From: Schmidtea polychroa
Taxonomy: Eukaryota
NCBI GenBank assembly: GCA_044892525.1
Contig: CM097885.1
Span: 238,578,001 to 238,642,000, forward strand
Direction of reading: 5' to 3'
Length of the DNA: 64,000 bases
Shown: positions 1-11,675 of the stretch, piece by piece
Numbering within the stretch: the stretch's first letter is position 1
Layout of the letters: every line of letters starts with the position of its first letter
Notes under the pieces: model-generated
The model's input: only the letters and a program-made list of their open reading frames with translations
Told to the model about the DNA's origin: nothing
Databases searched by the model: none
Made by a program: the position numbers and the translations under genes

Positions 1-2033
1 ACTATTTTGATGCAAACTAAATTTCTCTATCGTAATGGTCCTGGTATGCACAAATTCCCGTAGACATATTGGCAAAGTTTCTTTATCTATAAACTACTAA
101 TATTATATCTATAACTTATAAATTCGGGCAACATCTTCACATTATTCTACACTAAATTGCATAGCTATAAAAAGTAAATTGTCGACACAAATGTTATGTA
201 ACTAAAATATATAGATTCATAATGAAAAAAAATTTCGATTAAAAGTGCTTTCCATTCGACTCAAAAGTTGTTGAAATGATATTTTACAGGCATAAATTTC
301 TCTAGATATGATATAGGGATCCACAAAATCGATCTACGTTAAAAGTGTTCTCCATCATAACCAAAACAAGGCTACATGGATAACTTGCAAGCATAAATAT
401 TATTTCAACATGAAGCATAAATCAAAACCAAGGAAAATATAGACTTTCAAGTACAACTGTCCCATCCCTAAGAGGTGTAGCAATAAGAAAAACCTTAGGA
501 TTATTAATATAAATTATATACACATACTAGATTCTCTTAAGTACGTATTTTAATTTTCTAAGAAAATTTTTATTTTTTTTTCTCTCAAATTGTATAATAG
601 TCAAAATCAATGTTAAAAATATTAATCTAAAATACATACATGTATAATAAACTCATAAAACTATAATTTATAAAATTTTCCCTAAATACCCACTCAGGTT
701 GTATAATAGCCAAAACACATGTTCAAAGAAATATTCCAAACTATAATTGCACATTTTTAACTTATAAAGTATAATTTGTAATCTTTCATTAGTACTCCCC
801 CCAAGTTATATCATAATCAAAAGGGGACTAATGTTAATAACATAAAGCATATATAAGCATATTAGAACTTATAAAAGTATGATTTACCTTTTTTCACAGA
901 TGCCTCCCTCAAGTAGTATGGTAGCTCAAATTTATGTCAAGAGTGGTGATTTAACTTACTTATAAATTGAAAATAAATCCATAAAATTATAAATTATTAA
1001 ACTTTCCCTAACTACCCCCTAAGTTACCGAATAGTCGAAAACAATATAAATTAACATATATATGTACAGATACCAAGTTTATAAAACTATAATTTATAAT
1101 TTTTCCATAAATAACTTTCTCTTAAATCATATAACCATTAACCACTCCCTTAAAGCATTAACTTAGACTATTTTATATATATACTTAACTTATATTACTT
1201 TTAAAATCATAGTTGAAAATTTTTCATTAAAGACCACCCCCCCATAAACCATATAGTCATCAACTACCACCTAAATATACTAAATTAGCTTATCTTAATA
1301 TACATTTAACTTATATTATATTTTAAAATATAAATTGTAAATTTTCATAAAGTAACCCCCTCAAACTATACATTTGGCGAGAACAATATATATAGTAATA
1401 AATTAACTTATATATGTACAGTTATCAAACTTAATAATTCCTCAGGTCCTCTAACCATTAATTATTGTCTAAATACATTAATACATTACCTTTACGATAT
1501 AAATTTGGAAAATTTTGATAAATGACCCCCCCCCCCTTAATTCATATAACCATCAACCACTACCTGATACACTCATTTAGACTATTTAATATATATCCTT
1601 CCCTCCACCCCTCCACAAACCATATAGTCATCAACCACCACCTAAATATACTAAATTAGCTTATCTTAATATATATTTAACTTATATTATATTTAAAACT
1701 ATAAATTGTATATTTCCATAAATGACCCCCCCTGAGATCATATAGTCATTAATGATTACCCAGAAGTACTAATTTAATTTGTTTTCAGATATAGTCAACT
1801 TATATTACCTTTAAAAATATAACTTGTATTTTTTATTTAACCAATCCCCCTCGAATCATGTAGCCATTAACTATTAACTATATCATATTCATAGACAGTT
1901 AAATTATATTTCATTTAAAAATATAAATTCAAAATTTTTCGTAAATGACCCATCCCCCATATGTGGTAATCTTATAAAAATATAAACTTACATTTATTAT
2001 TATTATTAACATTATTAATATTATCGTTATTAA

Positions 2034-2124
<91 letters not shown>

Positions 2125-2734
2125 TGTATTATTACCATTAACATTACCACTCATTATTATTATTACTATTATCATTACTATTATTATTATATTATTAAAA
2201 TAATTATCTTTATTTTATAAAAATAATATTATAAACCAAATTATTGATTTTGGGATTCCCCTATCTCTAAATTTAGCTTCAATGACCTTATCTTCCAATA
2301 AAATTATAGAAAACCACTAAAATCTATTTTTAGTAACAGCCCCTCCCCACAGAAAACGACGACACTATTAATAATTTAAATTAAATATATAAATATTTAT
2401 ATATGTGTGTATGTATATATAGATTTATAAAAAACCTTAAACCACCTTTCCCCCTAAAGACCCCAAGTTGTATAATAACAAGAATTAAGGTTATTGCTAG
2501 TCATCCCATAATTCTTATTATTACCCTTAGTGTTATTATTAGTACTACGATTATTATTATCATCATTATTATTATTATTACTATTATTATTATTACTGCT
2601 ATTAATGTTATTATTATTATTATAAATAGAATAAGAAAGCATAAGAATGAATGAATAAAAAGAAAAAAATAACTAAACAAAATAGGAACTTTTATTGTGC
2701 AAATTGTTCGTTTTGAGAGCCGATAGAATTCCAA
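1..2734 (+). mobile_element. Probable left part of an older, related giant-LTR relic interrupted by the full-length element (continues at 38592-39817)
   Basis: Degenerate AT-rich units with C-runs (e.g. 1201-1320) resemble 57241-57720 of the related solo LTR. The sequence on the other side of the TSD ends in the family LTR terminus. By-eye similarity only. Confidence 0.45.
1994..2196. repeat. (ATT)n microsatellite
   Basis: Long near-perfect ATT run; explains the poly-I and poly-N ORFs. A weaker copy lies at about 2515-2622. Confidence 0.95.
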
Positions 2735-2738
2735 TAAT
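2735..2738. repeat. Target-site duplication TAAT (partner 38588-38591)
   Basis: TAAT immediately precedes TGTTGGG at 2739 and immediately follows ...CCCACCA at 38587. Confidence 0.9.
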
Positions 2739-5700
2739 TGTTGGGCTAGAACTGATTTCTAGACCCAAACTACTAATTGTGACTGAAACGTGCAGGTACA
2801 CAACATGTAAAAAGCAAAAAGTATAGTTAAATATTAAAACCTACACCAAATAAACAATATTAACTAAAGGAGAAAGCAACAAAAACATAAACAAAGAAAT
2901 TAAATAAAATTATACAGAAGCAAGAAGTGATGCAAAAATCTAACTCAAAAATAACCAAACAAACATAGAATTACCAAAAGCAAACTCGAATAACTTAAAA
3001 GACGATAAAAATAGTAAAACATTCCAGAAAAACCCAGAACATTCTATAAAATGGCGATGACCATCACAAAAGTCATCTAGAACAACAAAAGTTAAGGAAA
3101 ATAAATAAATTAGTATTAAAAATAAAAAATCTCAAAAAAGAAATTCATAAAAACATTAGTTAAAATAAAAATTAAATTAAAAGTAAAATAGAATGTTCTG
3201 GAACCGTTCCAAATCCATCATGGACGTCAAATTAACAAAAAATAATTAAAAAATAAAAATATAAAAATAAAAACAAAAATTATGGCACAAAAATCGCCAT
3301 TAAAAATAGCAAAATAGTAAAATAGAAAATTCTGGAATAAAAAGAATTCGAGTTTGTTTTACTGCATCAATACATACACGTGTACAAAATAGGTATATAT
3401 ACTGACACGTTTCAGGCACAAAAAATCATCATTATTTTGTTTATGCCAATATTTTATTAGAAATTTTCCGAAAATTATTAGTAAGTAGATTTTTCTTTTG
3501 TTATTCGATGTTATCATGATTAATGTAACTATTTTAATGTAGATTAATATCCATAAGATCAATTTCTTTTTATTTTTTATCTTTTATTAAAAATTTTTGT
3601 TTGAATACGACTGATCAGCGGCGTCTCAGTGCGTCTCTGTTCAGTCCTGCATTTGATATTAACAATTTTTGAAACATGCAGACATGCCATATTCTATATA
3701 TATATTTTTTTGTTTGGTCATCGGAGGTCGGCCACTTCATGGTTCTACCATGGAGTTGTGTCGATAAAACCCCTCCGCTATGGCTCTATATGCTTTATTT
3801 ATCGGTCGACAGTGATGTTTCGACTCAACACAACAGTAGGGCTTGTCGTAGCGGTCACAGTGGGGCCGTGTAAGCAAGCATTCTTCCCGAGTACAAGCAA
3901 ACATATTTAATTTCAACATTAAAAATCGTAGACAATAGGGTACACTAAGGTCGTAATCGAGTAGATCTCAGACCCAAATTGAACACAGCAATTACAATTC
4001 AGCTAATGTAGTCGGTTAAGACCTCTCCACTTACACGTTTGTCGAACCTCATTGAGAAATAATTTTTCGTATCAGTGTAACTGTCTCTCTCGAAATTGAC
4101 CGTAATGATGCTCACGAAGGAGTTCGACAAGCGTGAATCGTAAAATGAACTATATACTCTCCTGTTACACTTAAACATCAGGCTATAAATGTATAATGTT
4201 CCTAAACTATAGAATATATGTTAGAATTGCTAAATACTTAGAATTCCTAAATGGTAAAACATAACTTACTACTGTACTTAGAATTATATGTGATAAATAC
4301 GTAATACCTCTAAATTACAAATATGAGTTAATATTGTCTTCAAAAATATAATTTATAAAAGTTAAATTGTCAAATACCTCTTAATACTATGCCTGAAAAT
4401 AATGCGGAATATTCATAAATTATAAAATTTTACTTTATACTATCCTCAAAATTATAATCTATAAATGTGTAAAACATAATTTATAAATATGAAATTATAA
4501 TATACATGCTTGAAAAGCAATTTTAAAAATGTGTAATATTCCTAAATTATAAAATTTTACCCTATATTATTCTTAAAATTATAACTTATACCTGTGTAAA
4601 AATATAATTTATAAATGTCAAATTGTAAAATATAACCTAGTACTATGCTTGGAGGTATAATTTATTATAAAATATAACCTATTTCTATACTTAAAAATAT
4701 AAGTTAAAAAGGTACGTAAATAATTTTTATTGTACCAAAAAATATGATTTATAAATATGTAATATTACTAAATCATAAGATTGTATTGCTTGTGGTTCGT
4801 AAATCTTACCTTGAGATTATCAGTAGCAAACTAAAATGTAAACTCATACTACGTATAAATTATAAAATATATCTTAGTATTTTCTGTATAAAAGTATAAA
4901 GTCATGCTACTCATAAAGTACAAATTATGTCTTAGAATTATACACAAAAATATAAACTATAGGTTTATATTGCCCATCAATTATAGAATGTAACGTATGC
5001 ATAGAATGTAAATTACAAACTATAAGGTATGATTTTGGTCATAAGTTATAATTTCGGTATCCATAAATACAAATTATAAATTCCAAAGAATAGAAACTAT
5101 AACTAGCTATATATAGCTCATGAGTCCGTAAAGTGTAAATTGCAAGGCTGAAGTGTGGATTATGGAATAATTATATAAAGTATAAACCGTAAACTATTTG
5201 TATAAAAGTATAAGCTAATTATATATCTAAATTACAAACTTATAAACACAATGGTAAATCTAAATCACAAACTGTAAGCTTAAATTATATATATGAAGTA
5301 TAAACCGTAGATTATTTTTATAAAAGTATAATCTAATTATATGTCTAAATTATAAAATTATATATCAAAATTATCTATCTAAAAATTATATATCTAAATT
5401 ACACCTCTAAATTATATATCTAAATTATATAAACTTATAAAATACAATCGTAAATTTAGATTACCAATTATAAACTATGATTTCATACTCCATATAAGGT
5501 AAAGGACCAAATTCTGAATTCTAAGTTTATATTTCGTATATAATTGATAAATGACGAATGTATAAAATGTACAGTTGCGTATGCGAAATTAGCTAGGTTA
5601 TAAATAACCCCTACGCCAAAATCATGGAGTACAATGACAAACATAAAGGAGAAGCACGCCGACCTCTAGATCGGAAACCGCAGTGAAGCTTGACGGTAAT

Positions 5701-6445
5701 TTAATTAAAACTAATTTAACATCCAGTCGAAAGAGAGAATAATATTTAACATTTATTTTACAACATCAAGGTTCTAGTGGGCTGAACCAGGATTGCCGAG
5801 AGAAGTTCATTGTGGGCTGGAGTCTTGCATACTCCAGCTGTTCCCGCTCGTTGCTGGGAATTGCCAATAGGATTGACAGTTGCGGATAATTCCTGAACTT
5901 TACGAATTTACTAATTTTAAATTTACAGTCTAACTTACTTCGAAGGATCCAGATGAATTGCAACACAGAAGGGAATGAATCTAAAAATCTAATATACCAA
6001 AATAAACTAAATGTATCAGGAAAAAGTTTTTTTTTTATATTTAAAAGCCTTATAATTAAATGTATTTAAAATTTACTATTCAAAACCATTGTAGTTTACT
6101 TTAAATTTGACCTTATCATGATTGTTACGATAAAACACCGTAAAATATGCTAGGGAGAATTAATCGAGGTGATTAATTGGAAATTTCCGCGTAAGTTAAA
6201 TTTTAATGTATAGTGGAAGACTTGAATTTTAATTTAAGCAAAAGTTGAGGGTACCCTTTTAAGTACAACTTAAGTTAATCTGATTAATTGTTTAAATTAT
6301 GAACATTTGGAGTTTGCTTCGTATTGTAAGCCAAATTTTTTTTTTATTGTGTGTGGTTTCATATTAGCCCGAGAGCGTTGTAGCAGAGATAAACGTTCTC
6401 GTTTGAATTGTGATAACCTTATTAATCCTTACTACCCAAATAGAT

Positions 6446-6811
6446 ATGTCACACTCAGACGACTCCAACGATGATGAAGGCTACAGACAAATGATCACCC
6501 GGCTCCGGTCCCGGTACGTCTGGCATCACATCCATCGGTGGAGCCAGGGACGGGACTTAGATTGTTCCAACCAAGTAATCCGGACGGGCCCCGAAGTAGA
6601 TGCCCCGGCGTGGGTAAAAGTAGAACCCACCAACAACGTGCTCCGGGAAGCCCGCGATCGAGCGGCCGACGAGGTGGTAGAGGCCCAGAAGCGGCTGAGG
6701 AGACTCGAGCTCCAACTCAAGGCCGACACGTTGGGGATAGCTCTTGAAGAGCTGGAGGAGACCGATGCCCCTCCACGAAAACGGGGGAGGCCCCGCAAGA
6801 ACCCGGCCTAA
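6446..6811 (+). CDS. LTR-encoded protein A (121 aa), coiled coil plus C-terminal AT-hook/NLS (PRKRGRPRK)
   Basis: ATG at 6446, 2 nt after an AG. GC-rich ORF in an AT-rich LTR. Ungapped homologue at 59786-60139 with many third-position changes. AATAAA follows at about 6833. Confidence 0.75.
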   Translation: MSHSDDSNDDEGYRQMITRLRSRYVWHHIHRWSQGRDLDCSNQVIRTGPEVDAPAWVKVEPTNNVLREARDRAADEVVEAQKRLRRLELQLKADTLGIALEELEETDAPPRKRGRPRKNPA

Positions 6812-7100
6812 CTTATCGACAATCGCGGCCTGAATAAAACGATTTTTACTGACCTGATTTAGTGATATTTTAGTAACCTAACGAATTGTATTTCTCTTTT
6901 GTTTATCAAACATAATCTATCGTGTAGTGATGCAATAAATTATATTTTATTTATTTATACTTTGGGCTTTATAGCTAATGGGGCGTATTCATAATTGAGG
7001 TGACCCTTTTCTCATCACCCACTTATAAATTCCATGCATGTACTCTAACCAACTTTGCGCACCAGAAGGCGAATGAGGGGATTTATTATTATTTTCTTCA

Positions 7101-7535
7101 GTGTACCAGTTATTGGAAAACCTACGAAAGGACCGCGAACAGGCCCAGCAACAATCCGAGGGTCTCCGAGGTCGGGTCGAAAAACTCAAGCTGAAGTATC
7201 GAGAACTCCAGGGTACCTGGTTCAGCCCGGCCGACATGAAAAAACAAACTACGCGCATCTCACAACTCCAGACCCAGGCGGAGCAAGATCAGCTCGAGAT
7301 CCGAGCGCTGAAGCTACAAGTGCGCTCGCTCGAGAGTAAATTGAACGAAAGATTTGTCCAGGACACCCTTTGCGAGCAGATTCGTCCACTTTCCGTAGAG
7401 TTGGCCCGGATATACCCACCGGCCCAGACGAACAAGCCAAAACGCAAACGGTTAGGGCGGAACACCCGAGAGAAATTGAAAAGGGCCTGGCTGGCCGAGC
7501 AGGAGAAAAGGAAAGAGCCGGAAGTCAATCCATGA
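7101..7535 (+). CDS. LTR-encoded protein B (about 144 aa), coiled coil with basic C-terminus (KPKRKRLGRNTREKLKR)
   Basis: Open frame starting at GTG after a pyrimidine tract and AG. The homologue in the solo LTR starts with ATG at 60419. True start uncertain. Confidence 0.65.
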   Translation: MYQLLENLRKDREQAQQQSEGLRGRVEKLKLKYRELQGTWFSPADMKKQTTRISQLQTQAEQDQLEIRALKLQVRSLESKLNERFVQDTLCEQIRPLSVELARIYPPAQTNKPKRKRLGRNTREKLKRAWLAEQEKRKEPEVNP

Positions 7536-7715
7536 TCTTGGGAGGCGTTCGAGAGTGCGTGAACAATCTGTGTAATATGGTGGTGGCTTAATAAATGAGT
7601 CTTGTTATTTAATGAGTATGAGAGTGAACTTTGCTGTTGTCTAAAACAGGATGGTTGGCGGGAAGGCGCTTGGAAAAACAATCTCGATGAGGGACCGAAA
7701 TAAATCGGACACGTG

Positions 7716-7909
7716 CCTTCTATCGGCGTCCGTGAACCCATAGAGTGCTCGACAATTACAGTGCTTGGCGCGCTCACTTTTTGCGAGTACTCAACCCCTT
7801 GGTACAGTACCAACGTTGATTGCTCAACGGGTACCAAGAGGAAAACAATGTTGTATTCTGGGTTACGCTGGTAACAGCACTTAAACATTCAACCACCAGT
7901 AACCCACCA
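7716..7909 (+). promoter_or_regulatory. Conserved structured RNA element at the LTR 3' end (probable U5)
   Basis: Three stems conserved with compensatory changes across 7716-7909, 39612-39817 and 61049-61252, including a GNRA-capped hairpin. Confidence 0.65.
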
Positions 7910-7917
7910 TACAAATT

Positions 7918-7935
7918 TGGGGGCTCAGCCGGGAT
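7918..7935 (+). promoter_or_regulatory. Primer-binding site, tRNA-Pro type
   Basis: TGGGGGCTCAGCCGGGAT, two positions different from the classic tRNA-Pro PBS TGGGGGCTCGTCCGGGAT; lies 8 nt after the LTR end. Confidence 0.85.
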
Positions 7936-8633
7936 TTGAAAATTTAATTGGTGAAAGAACCCGAGAATAGATATAATAGAGAGAGTAAAAGCGGATATAA
8001 AGTGATATGCATTCAAGACCGAGCAGGTTGTTTTCCCAAGCGCTTAAACTTAGTATATGGATATGTGAATATGATAAAATGTATGTAGAATGTCTAAATG
8101 AGTGATGGAAGTTTTAAAGTATGACGACATATGAATGTATTGAAAGTGGGTATGAGAATGCTGTACGAATAACTTAGTAATAGAATGAATGAGGATAAAC
8201 GAAAATTAAAACGAAAACAAATTATAATAAAATTGTAAATATCAACGATTAATAAAATGTAAATATAAGGAAATAATAAAAATTTAAAAATAGGGAAAAG
8301 GGGGGATAGCACGCTAATAAAGATAGAACAAATGAACAATGAAATTAAACTTAATCAGAAAACGTGTAAAATATGGCGATAAGGAATGGGATATGGGTTA
8401 TATATAATTAAAACGATTGTAATAAAATCACAAGATCATGAAAGAAATTTGCGCGGAATAGAGCATTAAACAGAGGGAGACGGGGTTGTTAAGGGTAATA
8501 AGTAGAATGTAAAGGTTTATCGAAGCACTAATAAAATAAAGTATTCTGGATATTAGGGGGAAAAACGATAAAGGGGGAAAAATGACGCGGAATATTAATA
8601 AAAAGAGAACTTTAATTAATAAATCTTAATTAG

Positions 8634-9116
8634 ATGGAATCAACCGGCTACATTACAAAGAGACTCGAAAAATTCGTAGATTTAACACACAATTCGTTAC
8701 AACGGCTAAATCGCAAAGCGGACCAGTTAATAAAAATCCAAGATGAGATGAGCTTGAATCCAAGACCGCAAGCTGAGGAAATATGTGTAATGATGAAAAT
8801 AGCGACACCTAATGCAGAATTGACCACTAAAAGAGTTTATCAACTTCAAAATTTACGATTAGATAATGCCAAATTTAACATCAAATGGCAGGAGATAATG
8901 ATAAAAATGGAAACGATCGAGGAAGAAATTAAAGAAGCAATCGAACATCAAGTTAAAGATTTTAGAAAATGCTTCATATGCAGAACCAATGAAATACGAG
9001 TAATGACGATTCCATGTGGTCATTTATGCTACTGCGAGAATTGCGCAGAGAAAATTAAACGATGCAACGTATGCGATACGAATGTTAGAGAGAAAATTGT
9101 AATATACCTCCCATAA
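8634..9116 (+). CDS. Coiled-coil plus IAP-type C3HC4 RING protein (160 aa), upstream of gag
   Basis: CFIC...PCGHLCYCENC...CNVC...IYLP at the extreme C-terminus, as in IAP/MDM2-like RINGs; TAG directly before the ATG. Confidence 0.85.
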   Translation: MESTGYITKRLEKFVDLTHNSLQRLNRKADQLIKIQDEMSLNPRPQAEEICVMMKIATPNAELTTKRVYQLQNLRLDNAKFNIKWQEIMIKMETIEEEIKEAIEHQVKDFRKCFICRTNEIRVMTIPCGHLCYCENCAEKIKRCNVCDTNVREKIVIYLP

Positions 9117-10520
9117 GGAGATGTTGTCAAATAAATTTCTTGTGAATGAATATGAAGTGATAAAATTAGTAAATTATATTAAAAATCCATTATAGCAACC
9201 GAAAGGTGTAAAACATACGATGAACATAGACATATAAAGGACACAAAATACGTTAAATAAATAGACAAGCAACACAGCAATTAGAACTAAAATCAAAGTT
9301 GAATGCAGGACTGATCATAGTCGTATGAATGAGCTGATCGCTAAGATCAGTACGATTTTTATTTCCAATTTTCTTTTCTTCCTGTTTGTTATTTTGGCAT
9401 AGAGAGATACGATAATGAGGGGATGACAAGTGAATCGTCCTTACGACACTTGCCCGGATGGGGAAATCCTGATCACCCTGATGAGAGAATGTAGTAGGAT
9501 CCATCGCAAATGTTGGGGAGTTTCTGTCCAGTGACTGATCACCACTTGTGGGAAACGAACCAACGCGATTATTATATTTTTTGTCTGGGAGACGGGGACT
9601 AATTAAAAGGGTGAATAAAAATAGAAAAATAAAATAAAAATTGAAAAACGCGCGCTAAATGTTAAAAATTTAATCCGAGAGCAGCTGCGGATTTGAAGAA
9701 ACCGTTTTTGGACTTCAAATCAGATGAGAATAATGATTTTTCCCTAGCGAGTGATGAGGCACCCGAGTACAGCGGCTAACCACCGGACTGTAGTGTCCAG
9801 GAGATTATCAGCCAAGGGACTGATGATGCTGGATCACCCAATACAAAAACCCGGATGCCACACCGAATATTGGGCGCACTTTTTTGAGTTGCTAGCGGGA
9901 CTTGATACAAAAACCCGGAAGGGTAGCGAGCGAGAGAGACCCAGTTACCTACACCGAGTATCAAGGAGCCCAGTGAAACGGTTGTGAGATGCGAGTCAAC
10001 CGGTAAAGGACTCGTACTCAACAGGCAACCAAGATTGGACCAGTTGTGAGGCGGGAGACCGAGAGTCAACTGCATACCCAATTTCCTTTTAGCTTCACTA
10101 GTCGGGAGATCTGGTTCATCACTTTTGAGAATCACGATCAAGGCGATTAGGCATTTCCGTGTTTTTTAAATCCTGATAGATAGGATGTTTTTTCTTCGTG
10201 ATTATTGCTAGCAGGGGTCGGTACAAAACCCGGATGCCCACACCGAGTACCGATAGGCCCAGTGAAACGGCGATGAGATTAGAGTTACCGGTATTAGACT
10301 CTTTTCAATAAGCGGCCAAGAATTGAGCCAGTTGTGAGGCCTCAGCAGATTAAGAGTTGGAGTAGGAGGAGCCTCGAATTTTTGATTAGCCCGAAAGTCA
10401 ACTGTCAACTCAATTTAATCGCGGTAGGGACGATAGTAGGTGTTAAAACCTAAGGCGTCTGGGGGTTGAAGAAACCTCATTTAGGGCATTTGAAACCGGT
10501 CAGGGACCGAAGACCGCGAA

Positions 10521-10834
10521 TACGGCGTAATGGTGTAAAAGCCCAGGCGTCTAGGAGTCGTAAAAGACTTCAATTTTGATTAAACCGGCCGGAAGCCGAT
10601 GCCGACGCGGAGGTTTAACAAACCAAAGCGTTGATGGGTAATAGTAGATTATACGGCGTAATGGTGTAAAAGCCCAGGCGTCTAGGAGTCGTAAAAGACT
10701 TCAATTTTGATTAAACCGGCCGGAAGCCGATGCCGACGCGGAGGTCTAACAAACCAAAGCGTTGATGGGTAATAGTAGATTATATGGCGTAATGGTGTAA
10801 AAGCCCAGGCGTCTAGGAGTCGTAAAAGACTTCA
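10521..10834 (+). repeat. 131-bp tandem repeat (about 2.4 copies) in the 5' leader
   Basis: Units start at 10521, 10652 and 10783 and are nearly identical; degenerate copies extend over about 10440-10990. Confidence 0.9.
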
Positions 10835-11675
10835 TGAGATTAAAATGAGTTGATTAAACCGGCCAAGGAGCCGATGGTAATTGAGTGAAATGATTTAAAT
10901 GAAAATAAAGGAGTTGAACAAACCGGCCAGAGAGCCGATGGTAAATAAAGGTGGATGTAGAGGTCGCGCGAACCAAAGCATCAATGATTAACTATGAAAT
11001 TGATTAAACTGAAATAGATTAAGTGCGATAAATATGTAATGAGTAGAGTGAAAATTAAACCAGTTTTTGGATGGGGAAAAGCGAACGAATAGATAGTAGT
11101 TGAATTATTGAATTTTATTTATTAATGATATGTTTATTTTGATATTTACGTGATTGATATTATATTTCTATGATAATTATAAAAGGGATAGATAATTGAT
11201 ACGACTATATAGATAATTGATACGAGTTATAGATAATTTAAAATCAACTTAAAATCAAAATGGGGCGAATAGCGAGAAGTGTAGAAAAGCTAGACAATTT
11301 GAAGCGAAGGGACAGTAAAATAAAGGGAAAAGGGAAAGTAAATGAAGGGTTTAATAAAGAGAATTTATGATATGTACTAGAGGTGTTAATTATTTTAGAA
11401 TAAAGCAAACAATTCAGAAAGAAATCAAAGAAATCAAGAAAGCAATAGAAATCAAGAGATATAGAGAAATCAATTAGAAGCGAAGAATCAAGGAAATTAA
11501 TAAAACCAAATCCAAGAAGAGTTAGAGAATCGTAAAGATTAAAGCGAGAAAAATACTTAGAAAACATCGAGCTCGATTGACAAAGTAGAAAATTTATCAA
11601 AGGATATTAAAAGGAGGAAAAATTGATAGCATAGCTAACCGAACGAGGCGAAAAAGTAAAGGAAACCTCAGTTTA

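Larger units (their letters stand above)
2739..7909 (+). repeat. 5' LTR (5,171 bp)
   Basis: Starts TGTTGGGCTAG, ends GTAACCCACCA. Matches 33417-38587 apart from about 5 substitutions and 2 homopolymer length changes seen by eye. Confidence 0.96.

Noticed and set aside
1929..2734. Poly-Ile and poly-Asn ORFs (also 40529-40804)
   Set aside because: Translations of ATT/AAT microsatellites.
5599..5605. LTR TATA box / transcription start
   Set aside because: TATAAA-like words are ubiquitous in this AT-rich LTR; U3/R/U5 borders cannot be fixed from sequence alone.
7683..7700. Hammerhead-like CGATGA...GAAA (also CTGATGA at about 9478 and 38872)
   Set aside because: Core or flanking stems do not fit the hammerhead consensus, and the motif is not conserved in the related LTRs.
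7289..7888. 199-aa minus-strand LTR ORF
   Set aside because: Overlaps ORF B and the structured 3' end, and has no counterpart in the ORF track of the solo LTR.
7918..7940. tRNA gene on the minus strand
   Set aside because: Only the 3' 18-23 nt match, including CCA; this is a PBS, not a gene.
10521..10834. Possible CRISPR-like array
   Set aside because: Whole 131-bp units repeat with no unique spacers, no cas genes are present, and the context is eukaryotic.
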